A stretch of 43,269 bases of DNA, from UHGV virus genome UHGV-0027971. The stretch is one strand, 5' to 3'. This document shows, in pieces, positions 8,846 to 16,484 of the stretch. The stretch's first letter is position 1; each line of letters begins with the position of its first letter. The notes under the pieces are model-generated. The model was not told the DNA's origin. It did no database searches and worked only from the letters and a program-made list of their open reading frames with translations. Source of the stretch: a virus. Position numbers and translations under genes: made by a program.

Positions 8846-9352
8846 ATGCCAGGCCAAAAAATCTCAAACGACGATCTGTATTGGTTAATTTCTAATTCTC
8901 CACTCCTTCTTATGCTAAGGCAAGAAAGTGCACCACTGGTCAGTGAATTGATTAGCTGTAGAAATAGAATGTGGGATGAAGGGGCAGATTTAGATACCAA
9001 TTTGTTTGATCATCTTATGCAACTAGCAGTCGATAACAAGGCAAAACTACGCTCTGAATACAACGCTTATCCAGAAATAGCAAAATACCTTAACGCTGAA
9101 ATACTTGGTGGACCAGGTCAACCAGACCTAAAAACAAAAGATGGTTACCCTGTTGAGGTGAAGGTAGATACTTTTTCTCCTTCAGCATTAAAACAATTAT
9201 TAAGGTATATGGATGCTTCTGGCGCAGATTTTGGTTTTGCTTGTGCAAAAACTCTTTCTGTAAAACTCCCTGAAAACATAAAGTTCATCCAGTTAGATTA
9301 TAAAGATAATTGCTATTTCGTCGTGAAAGATGGAGGCAATGAAAATGCGTAA
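8846..9352 (+). CDS. hypothetical protein (168 aa), possible PD-(D/E)xK-like motif
   Basis: ORF with RBS GAGG; sequence KDGYPVEVKVD resembles a D..E.K nuclease core but this is a weak by-eye guess; AT-rich. Confidence 0.5.
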   Translation: MPGQKISNDDLYWLISNSPLLLMLRQESAPLVSELISCRNRMWDEGADLDTNLFDHLMQLAVDNKAKLRSEYNAYPEIAKYLNAEILGGPGQPDLKTKDGYPVEVKVDTFSPSALKQLLRYMDASGADFGFACAKTLSVKLPENIKFIQLDYKDNCYFVVKDGGNENA

Positions 9353-10064
9353 TATAGCTATTGATAAGTTGCCGATAACAACTCATTGCAACATCCCTGT
9401 AATGACTACAGAAATGCTTGCTGATTTGTATGACACAGAACCCAAACTGATTCGTCAAAACTATCAACGAAATGCAGATCGATTCATTGAGGGAAAACAT
9501 TGTTTCAAGCTGATAGGCGAAGAATTACGAGCATTTAAGAACGAGTCCTCTCAAAGAGGTTTGCTTAATATTGCACCAAAAGTAAGTCATCTTTTCTTAT
9601 GGACCGCTCGCGGTGCAGCACGACATGCGAAAATTCTTGAGACTGAAAAAGCGTGGGAGGTCTTCGAAAAACTGGAAGATTGCTACTTCGACAGAAAACC
9701 CGCAAATGTCAGTGGAGATGTTCGTCTCTCAGGTGGAGCTGATTTATCAAAGGCCACTCAGGTAATTGAAAAATTCATGCCCGCCATTATGGAGGCGATC
9801 AAGCTGGAAGACAAAAAAGAATACAGCGCCCCACTGAAGCCCGGCTACCGCAGCCTGATTCACTCGCCGTCGGGTGTTCTCGGCCTGACGGAGCACTCAC
9901 TGCTGATGAATCTGCTGAATCAGTTGCAGGAAGACGGGCACGACGTATCGGGCGCGGCGGCGGAACTGACCACCATGTTCTGCTACATCGTCGGTGTGAG
10001 TAAATGCCTGCGTGATATCCAGACGCACGCGGAGTACATCAACGACAAGGCAGGGTTCTTCTGA
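9345..10064 (+). CDS. antirepressor-like protein (ORF6N-type N-terminal domain + shared C-terminal module)
   Basis: Start taken at ATG 9345, 8 nt after GGAGG (track start 9330); C-terminal ~95 aa near-identical to those of 11074..12012 and 41064..41720. Confidence 0.7.
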   Translation: MRNIAIDKLPITTHCNIPVMTTEMLADLYDTEPKLIRQNYQRNADRFIEGKHCFKLIGEELRAFKNESSQRGLLNIAPKVSHLFLWTARGAARHAKILETEKAWEVFEKLEDCYFDRKPANVSGDVRLSGGADLSKATQVIEKFMPAIMEAIKLEDKKEYSAPLKPGYRSLIHSPSGVLGLTEHSLLMNLLNQLQEDGHDVSGAAAELTTMFCYIVGVSKCLRDIQTHAEYINDKAGFF

Positions 10065-10184
10065 CAGAACGGCGGCACAGGGATGTGCAAAACGGAACTA
10101 TCGTGACATGTCACAGGCCGCTTTCGCGGCCTTGTTTTTAACGAATGCCACCGCCGCCTGGGCGGGAATCCGCAGACACAAAAA

Positions 10185-10201
10185 AGCCCGCGGCGCGGGC
10201 T
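10185..10201 (-). terminator. rho-independent terminator downstream of the 10209..10844 gene
   Basis: Hairpin AGCCCGC-ggc-GCGGGCT with A-run 10177..10185 on plus (U-run on minus); sequence resembles the terminator at 2660..2692. Confidence 0.5.
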
Positions 10202-10208
10202 TAAAGAA

Positions 10209-10844
10209 CTATTTTATTGGCAGCTTATGCTTTGAAATTATGGCCAATCTGTTTTGGAAGTTTTCCGCATCACCCCACAACCAGGTTTCACCTTTCTCAA
10301 GTTCTTCCTCGTTATTCATCTCTATAAGTTCGCATGTCATCATGTCGTAACCATAGAGATGGAGGCCAAGTTCCAGTGCGTCATACATGCGAGCCTGCCA
10401 GAACGACATGCCTTCATGAGTCTGGTTGCGATCAGACACGATGATATCGTACCGTTCCAAGAGGTAGTTCATGAAGATGATGCCAGCGAAATCATGAAGC
10501 ACAGCACGATGCTTAGGCTTCTGGGTTCTCCATACCAATATCTGCGTGACAGGACGGCAGTTAAGATAGCTGTCAGGCTGGATAATGACACGATTGTAAT
10601 ACACTACCTCTTCGGTGAGGTCATTTATCAATGACAGTTCAAAGTGCGCCTGTGGAATCTCGCCTTTCTTACGATCGTCTACACGGACAACGCGGTATCC
10701 AGGAGCCAGAGAAACGCCTTTGACATCAGATGTGACATCGTTGCCGTTCACTAACTCTGAATACAGAGCGCGGTTGTCTGGAGTTTCGTTCAGATGAGCG
10801 AAAACCTCAGTTACCTTTGCCGGATTCAGCAGTTGTTGTGGCAT
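10209..10844 (-). CDS. hypothetical protein (211 aa), accessory gene
   Basis: Clean ORF with its own terminator and two upstream TTACC-N5-GGTAA-type sites (10886..10900, 10986..11000); no family recognised. Confidence 0.5.
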   Translation of the reverse strand: MPQQLLNPAKVTEVFAHLNETPDNRALYSELVNGNDVTSDVKGVSLAPGYRVVRVDDRKKGEIPQAHFELSLINDLTEEVVYYNRVIIQPDSYLNCRPVTQILVWRTQKPKHRAVLHDFAGIIFMNYLLERYDIIVSDRNQTHEGMSFWQARMYDALELGLHLYGYDMMTCELIEMNNEEELEKGETWLWGDAENFQNRLAIISKHKLPIK

Positions 10845-11073
10845 ACATCACCTCATAATATATAGATGCTTCTTTAAGCGGGATTTACCATTAGGGTAAA
10901 TGAACTATCCGAATGTTAAACGCCTTCGTACTCGTCAAATTTTCTCATGTGGGCTCCTCCTGTATCGGTGCCTAATCGCTATGGATCACCCGTGAGGTAA
11001 TAGTACGCTATTCACCCCCAGTCTGCAATCTGTACAGAATTATTTAAAGGCACATCCCTGTGCCGCCGTTCTG

Positions 11074-12012
11074 TCAGAAGAATCCTGCCTTGTCGTTGAT
11101 GTACTCCGCGTGGGTCTGGATATCACGCAGGCATTTGCTCACACCAACGATGTAGCAGAACATGGTGGTCAGCTCCGCCGCCGCGCCCGATACATCGTGC
11201 CCGTCTTCCTGCAACTGGTTCAGCAAATTCATCAGCAGTGAGTTCTCCGTCAGGCCGAGAACACCAGACGGCGAGTGAATCAGGCTGCGGTAGCCGGGCT
11301 TCAGCGGATAACCATAACATTTTGTCTGTGTTTTAATTGCCTCACGAAGCGCATCTAACATCTTGACTGCCACTTCATCATTCTCTGATGCAGATCCAGC
11401 AGGGAGATACTCCCCTTCAAGCGGAACCCGAGCAACAAGAGACAACGCTTCGGCGAATTGATCTTCATCAATTTCTTTGTACGAACAGCCAAAATGAGAT
11501 TTCAGTGACGACCACATGGTGATCATCGCCTTAGCCTGTTTTTCTTTTGGCAGAGACTGACCGCGACTCATGACGAGTTGTTTAATGGCTTCCTGCTGTT
11601 CAGTGGTGATTTTACCCGGCAACGCCTTTTTAGCTTTGCGTGGGTTAACTACATGGCCTTTAGTCCAGTAATCGTAGAGCACATCGTCACACTCTTCCTG
11701 ATACTGGATTACCTTGTCGCGGATTTCAGGGCGTACTTTGTTTGGACTGATGCTGTTCAACCAAGCTGCCAATTTTCGTAAAGCCATACAAATCATGGCT
11801 TGCACCCCACCGGCAGAAGGTATGGTGATTTCCACCATACCCTTCGAGAAGCGTTGAGAAATCTTCTTATGTTGAGATTTCCAGTCTAGCCCCATTCCCT
11901 CAACGATAGGTTTCATTGGGGTATACGGTTCACCGTTGTGATTGACAACATAAAGCTCTGCGCCGTGGAATGGCACGTTGATAGTAGATACCGCTGTTGC
12001 TATACTCGTCAT
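11074..12012 (-). CDS. ant: antirepressor (AntA-type N-terminal domain + shared C-terminal module)
   Basis: 312 aa; N-terminal region resembles AntA/P22 Ant-type domains; directly downstream of the arc-like gene as in P22 immI. Confidence 0.8.
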   Translation of the reverse strand: MTSIATAVSTINVPFHGAELYVVNHNGEPYTPMKPIVEGMGLDWKSQHKKISQRFSKGMVEITIPSAGGVQAMICMALRKLAAWLNSISPNKVRPEIRDKVIQYQEECDDVLYDYWTKGHVVNPRKAKKALPGKITTEQQEAIKQLVMSRGQSLPKEKQAKAMITMWSSLKSHFGCSYKEIDEDQFAEALSLVARVPLEGEYLPAGSASENDEVAVKMLDALREAIKTQTKCYGYPLKPGYRSLIHSPSGVLGLTENSLLMNLLNQLQEDGHDVSGAAAELTTMFCYIVGVSKCLRDIQTHAEYINDKAGFF

Positions 12013-12087
12013 GTCGTTAATTCCTATACGTAGTTTTACGATACTGAAGCCCTGACGGTCTGGCCACCGTTGGGCTTCGCTGTTTTA
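12013..12087 (+). ncRNA. candidate sar-like antisense RNA opposite the ant ribosome-binding region
   Basis: Plus-strand promoter inside the ant 5' end (-35 TTGATA 11978..11983, 17-bp spacer, -10 TATACT 12001..12006) and plus-strand terminator in the arc-ant gap (GAAGCCC..ACGGT-ctggcc-ACCGT..GGGCTTC + GCTGTTTTA, 12046..12087); predicted ~75 nt. Confidence 0.45.
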
Positions 12088-12252
12088 TGCCACGCTATTC
12101 TTCTCACCAGTGAGTCCATACACTTTCCTCAGCTGATAGATAATCTCTGTATTGAACTTTCGGCATTCTTTTTCGCCATTTCTTTCAATAGCTAACTTCA
12201 CATCGTCCGGAAAACGAACTCGTCGTTGACACATCTCTTTTGCTTTTTGCAT
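12085..12252 (-). CDS. arc: Arc-like ribbon-helix-helix repressor
   Basis: 55 aa from ATG 12252 with strong RBS AAGGAG (track start 12288 is a forced TTG); size and beta-strand region (RRVRFPDDVKLAIERNGE) fit P22 Arc. Confidence 0.7.
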   Translation of the reverse strand: MQKAKEMCQRRVRFPDDVKLAIERNGEKECRKFNTEIIYQLRKVYGLTGEKNSVA

Positions 12253-12266
12253 TTCATATCTCCTTA

Positions 12267-12281
12267 GCCCCACGGTGGGGC
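12267..12281. promoter_or_regulatory. Mnt-operator-like palindrome GCCCCACGGTGGGGC upstream of the arc-like gene
   Basis: Perfect 15-bp palindrome with CCACGGTGG core as I recall for the P22 mnt operator; sits just upstream of the arc RBS. Confidence 0.6.
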
Positions 12282-12372
12282 AAAACAATTGTCACACCGT
12301 GCGTCATTGATGTCAAGCACACGGTGAGGCATACTTCAATCATTGCAAGTAACTCAATATTTGGTGAAGAAC

Positions 12373-12804
12373 ATGAGCAGAGAAGATCCACAACTAAGGA
12401 TCAGACTTCCCGTTGAAGTAAAAGAAAAAATAGAAATTTCTGCAAAAGCCAATAAGCGATCAATGAACGCTGAAATAGTACAACGTCTTGACACCAGCTT
12501 TCTGAAAGATATTCATGAAGATGACGTAATTTCTGCTTATGAAGCAAAAATTATTGCAAACAATGCACGGCATGAAATATCAAATATTATTTTCAAAAGA
12601 ACCTTTAATGAAATTAATAAGAAAATAACACTTGGACATACAAGTTTTTATATAAACCTTAATGACCTTGAACTGGAATCACTTGCAGATAATGATTACC
12701 AGATCATCTTTGAAAAAACATTTAATAAGCTCAATGAACTAGGTTACATCATCTGTGAAAACTCATGGGATGCAGATGGTTTTGGAATTGAAATACCTGA
12801 ATAG
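12373..12804 (+). CDS. mnt: Mnt-like ribbon-helix-helix repressor with extended C-terminal region
   Basis: N-terminus MSREDPQLRIRLPVEVKEKIEISAKANKRSMNAEIVQRL matches my recollection of P22 Mnt (MARDDPHFNFRMPMEVREKLKFRAEANGRSMNSELLQIV); divergent from arc-ant; start taken at ATG 12373. Confidence 0.75.
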   Translation: MSREDPQLRIRLPVEVKEKIEISAKANKRSMNAEIVQRLDTSFLKDIHEDDVISAYEAKIIANNARHEISNIIFKRTFNEINKKITLGHTSFYINLNDLELESLADNDYQIIFEKTFNKLNELGYIICENSWDADGFGIEIPE

Positions 12805-12846
12805 GAAGAACAAAAGGCGTGTACATATTACACGTCTTTAATACAA

Positions 12847-13458
12847 TTGAAAAACGCCACATTACTGATGTATGTTACAACAAGGAGCGATATTTTGAAA
12901 ACCATATCTATATTAAAGGTTGCATTAGGCGTCGCTATTATTTTGACTCTCTCAATATTGTTTTATTTTTACCACAAAAAAAATGCTATTGCTCTTGATG
13001 GTCACGCGGCAAACTCATTTTTCTCAGAGTACATAGTGCCGCTATCAGGAAGCGGTATAACAAATAAATATACTGACTATGACATCAAATATGGAATTGA
13101 TGATGGGGAGACTATTGTATTACATGTAATCATTAAAAACCTAATGACAGTAAATAAAAATACAGACTTCAACGATAAAAATACAATACATCACAACAAC
13201 AGCAAAACATTAATTTCTTATAGTAGCAACATCTATACGGATAAATACCTAAAATACATCTCAGAAGATACAATAAAAGCAACCAGCGAAAAGTTAAAAA
13301 ACATATATTGTGCATCCGGCAGTTTTCACAAATTATCGCCGCAGGAGCGTTTATTCTACGAAGCAAGAAAACAACGTAAGTCAATAATATTACATTATTA
13401 TGCTGATTCAGGGGAGTCACTCATATTTAATATTGGGGTTTCCCCTGAATCATGCTAA
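12847..13458 (+). CDS. hypothetical membrane-anchored protein (203 aa), AT-rich accessory gene
   Basis: N-terminal hydrophobic helix (ILKVALGVAIILTLSILFYFY), N/K/Y-rich body; position next to mnt corresponds to sieA in P22-like maps (positional analogy only). Confidence 0.45.
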   Translation: MKNATLLMYVTTRSDILKTISILKVALGVAIILTLSILFYFYHKKNAIALDGHAANSFFSEYIVPLSGSGITNKYTDYDIKYGIDDGETIVLHVIIKNLMTVNKNTDFNDKNTIHHNNSKTLISYSSNIYTDKYLKYISEDTIKATSEKLKNIYCASGSFHKLSPQERLFYEARKQRKSIILHYYADSGESLIFNIGVSPESC

Positions 13459-13469
13459 AGGCGTTTAAC

Positions 13470-16400
13470 TCACCGCATCACCGGATCCACCTGGTTTATT
13501 AGTGGCGCAATCCAGAACAGGTTATTGCCTGGTATCAGAGTTCGGACATTATGCGCAATACGATCACCGGCATCACCATTCAACACTCCTGCGGTCACAT
13601 CAATGATGCTATCCGCAAGACCAAATGACGGTCCGAATAGAGATCCTACGAATCCACGACTGGCATACCTAGACTGTGTGCCAGTGCCAAATAAAGCCCC
13701 CAGCCCAACAGCACCACCAGTAGCCTTTTCAGCCATGTTGTTATATTCCATCAATGGCCCAAGAATACCGGATCTATCTATACCCTCAAGCACCAGCTTC
13801 TCTGGTGACCAGTCAACATTTTTCCCTTTCGATGCTTCTTTTAGCGCATAGACCAGTGAGCCAAGAGCAATCTGAAATGCAGTGCCATAATAAAATTGCG
13901 CAGTTCCCTCCTGTAACCCACCAAGTAGCGCACGGTTGTATGAAGCCGTTGTGAATGATTTAAACTGAAATATCGTTCGCCCCATTGGAGTACTCGCCCA
14001 TAAAGGTGTGTCACCAATACCGGGGGTGATGATAGTGTTATTAACGTCTTTCAGAACCGCTGACTGGAATACTCCGGCAACGTACTGATCGTCCCATTTA
14101 TCAAAGTTACCAATGTGCCATCCATCAATTACCTCACCATGTTTCTCGAACTCACTGCGAATACGCGCAGCCATATTGTCGTTGATACCGAGTTTTGCCA
14201 TGCGACGTGCAGAAAACGCACCGGACAAAATACCGTCTGACGTGAGCATTCCGTTCATGGATTTGTTTATGTCATTAAATCGATCCATGAGTGTCAGCTT
14301 GCCGAAGGCATCAGTAATTCGCTCCATTCCTGCTTCGACTGCTGTTGTCCTGGAAGAACTGTCAACAAGATCACCAATTGCACGAGAACGTGAATGTAGT
14401 ACAGCTTCCAATCCAATCCCCATCTTCAACATATCTTCTTTGCTGGCCTTAAATGCCGGTGATTGGGATATCTGAGAAGCATAGCCTTTCATGGTGTTAC
14501 GGAAACCATTAACCATAACCCCTCTGGCCAGATCTGGAATAGCTGATACTGTCATTCCACCGAGTTTGGTCGTGAAGTTCACATCCCGCAGAAAAGCGCC
14601 AGCACGAACAAAAAACGAAGACGGATCATCAGGCATCCCATATGTACCAACAAGACGATCGCGTAATGCTGTTATGTCTCTGAGATCATTTGCTCTTGAT
14701 TTTGAAAGTCTGGACTGTTCTTTCCGTAATTCCTTTTCGTACTTTCGCATTAATGAATCGAGTTTACCCTGAGGAACAACTTCACCATTGCTCTCATAAC
14801 GTGCTTTCAGATTTGCCACACTTTCGTCATATTTCGCCTTTATTTTTTCAGGCACTTCCCGTAACAGACTGTCATATTCGTCCTCAATTAATTGCAGACG
14901 CTCAGTCATAGTTCGTTTGCCAAATGTTCTCGTCAACTCAATTTCTGCTGCCGCTTCACGGATATGACGTTGCAGCACGTAATTCACATCACTTTCAAGA
15001 TAATCCCTGATAAGACTATCAGGAACATTTAATGTTCTTTCTTTCGTACTACCTGCGGCTTTTACAGAAAATACGCTGACAAAATCCTGTGGAACCTTAG
15101 CACCAGTAATTTTATTAATTACGATATCCGCTGCAATTTCAGCATCCTCAGGATCCAGTGTTTTATTTCCTCTCGACCACCAGTCAACCAAAATACGTCG
15201 AAATTTATCGCGTTCACTGATTATTTTTCCAACTTTATATATGCGTGGGAAATAGCTTGCCTGGCCTAATGCTTTCAGTTCTTCATCTGGCGGCAATAAA
15301 CCAAGCTTTTGCATTTCAACTTTCACCCGATTTAATACAGTTCGCATCGCCTGCGCCGTTTCCTGAACAACAGGATTAGCATGCACATCACCGCTTCGCA
15401 TAGCATTCCCAACCTGCTGACGAAATGAATCAAAACTCATGTCACCACCATCAGCTTTATACTTTGCGTATGCCTGTTTATTTCCGACAACAACAGCAGC
15501 TTCTTCACGCTGCCATCCACGTGTACGGGTTTCTACAGCTACCGGTGTTTCAATCCCCCTTTCATTTCCTTTAAGGGTGAAATTATTTTCGGCTAACTCC
15601 AGCGTTGTTTTTCGCACCGTCTTGGACGGAGACTCCATTAACCTTGTCAAAGGAGTAAGATAGCTCCCTGCTTTCCATGCAGCCTTTCCAACCCACCCAC
15701 CGGAAACAGGGGTTAAATCATCCAGAGTCGCTGTATCAATTTTCATAGCACCAACACTACCACCATCGGAAAGCGAAGCGGCAGCCCTGTCAGTCACTGA
15801 TGTAATGCTCATATTATCAAGAGCATCAGCAACCTCACGTGTGGCTGCAGCCCGGACGGATGGCGAAAGCGCAACACCAGCACTGGCAAACACGCCGCTC
15901 ATCATCGCACCCGCTGCAACGTGAGCGGCACTTTCACCCCATGAGCGTGTTATTTGCTGATTATTCAGTACAACCTCGCTTAATGCTGTACCGGCAGCAC
16001 CAATCGCAATCTGTGAGCCAATACGCGCCAGTGCCCCTCCTTGAGCACCGGGAATAAACATTGACGCAACAGTAACCGGATCCATTCCCGCAGCAATACT
16101 GGCAAGGGTTCCAACTACGCCAGCATCAGACAATAAACGTCTGTCTTCATTTTCATCATCTATCTGCTGCTTAATCCACGCCGTTTCCTCTGGCGATCGG
16201 GAATCTGCAAATTTCGCCCCCCAGTATTCATAACCGTGCAACTCATTTTTATCAGCATATGGGTTATAACCCTCGACCGGTTCAAACTGTCTGGCTGGGC
16301 GGAAAAAACCAGACAGAATATTGTTCTGTCGCATTGCAGCCCCCCATACGGAAGGCTCAGGTGGCAATGGCTCAGGATTAGCCCCTTCCGGAAGGGCAAC

Positions 16401-16484
16401 ATCAAACCCAGTTTGTTCCGGCAAAACATTACCTGACGGGATCAGTCCGTTATTAAGATCTTCAGCTTGTGCATAAACTGGCAT
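13470..16484 (-). CDS. internal virion/ejection protein (T7 gp16-position, 1004 aa)
   Basis: Very large ORF ending the virion operon after the gp14/gp15-like genes. Confidence 0.7.
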   Translation of the reverse strand: MPVYAQAEDLNNGLIPSGNVLPEQTGFDVALPEGANPEPLPPEPSVWGAAMRQNNILSGFFRPARQFEPVEGYNPYADKNELHGYEYWGAKFADSRSPEETAWIKQQIDDENEDRRLLSDAGVVGTLASIAAGMDPVTVASMFIPGAQGGALARIGSQIAIGAAGTALSEVVLNNQQITRSWGESAAHVAAGAMMSGVFASAGVALSPSVRAAATREVADALDNMSITSVTDRAAASLSDGGSVGAMKIDTATLDDLTPVSGGWVGKAAWKAGSYLTPLTRLMESPSKTVRKTTLELAENNFTLKGNERGIETPVAVETRTRGWQREEAAVVVGNKQAYAKYKADGGDMSFDSFRQQVGNAMRSGDVHANPVVQETAQAMRTVLNRVKVEMQKLGLLPPDEELKALGQASYFPRIYKVGKIISERDKFRRILVDWWSRGNKTLDPEDAEIAADIVINKITGAKVPQDFVSVFSVKAAGSTKERTLNVPDSLIRDYLESDVNYVLQRHIREAAAEIELTRTFGKRTMTERLQLIEDEYDSLLREVPEKIKAKYDESVANLKARYESNGEVVPQGKLDSLMRKYEKELRKEQSRLSKSRANDLRDITALRDRLVGTYGMPDDPSSFFVRAGAFLRDVNFTTKLGGMTVSAIPDLARGVMVNGFRNTMKGYASQISQSPAFKASKEDMLKMGIGLEAVLHSRSRAIGDLVDSSSRTTAVEAGMERITDAFGKLTLMDRFNDINKSMNGMLTSDGILSGAFSARRMAKLGINDNMAARIRSEFEKHGEVIDGWHIGNFDKWDDQYVAGVFQSAVLKDVNNTIITPGIGDTPLWASTPMGRTIFQFKSFTTASYNRALLGGLQEGTAQFYYGTAFQIALGSLVYALKEASKGKNVDWSPEKLVLEGIDRSGILGPLMEYNNMAEKATGGAVGLGALFGTGTQSRYASRGFVGSLFGPSFGLADSIIDVTAGVLNGDAGDRIAHNVRTLIPGNNLFWIAPLINQVDPVMR

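Noticed and set aside
8560-9352. Retron (msr/msd + reverse transcriptase) or type III toxin-antitoxin (tandem-repeat RNA + ToxN) interpretation of the structured RNA region
   Set aside because: No reverse transcriptase ORF nearby, no tandem direct repeats of a ~36-nt unit, and the terminator lies ~155 bp before the downstream ORF rather than directly abutting it. Kept only as an unspecified structured-RNA candidate.
12288-12343. ORF-track starts for arc (12288) and mnt (12343)
   Set aside because: Both are forced non-ATG starts without RBS; internal ATGs at 12252 (SD AAGGAG) and 12373 give products matching the sizes and N-termini of P22 Arc and Mnt.
7246-13469. Serotype-conversion genes (O-antigen acetyltransferase, gtrABC-like glucosyltransferases) in the accessory island
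   Set aside because: No multi-pass acyltransferase or glycosyltransferase-like ORFs; the membrane proteins here have a single predicted helix.
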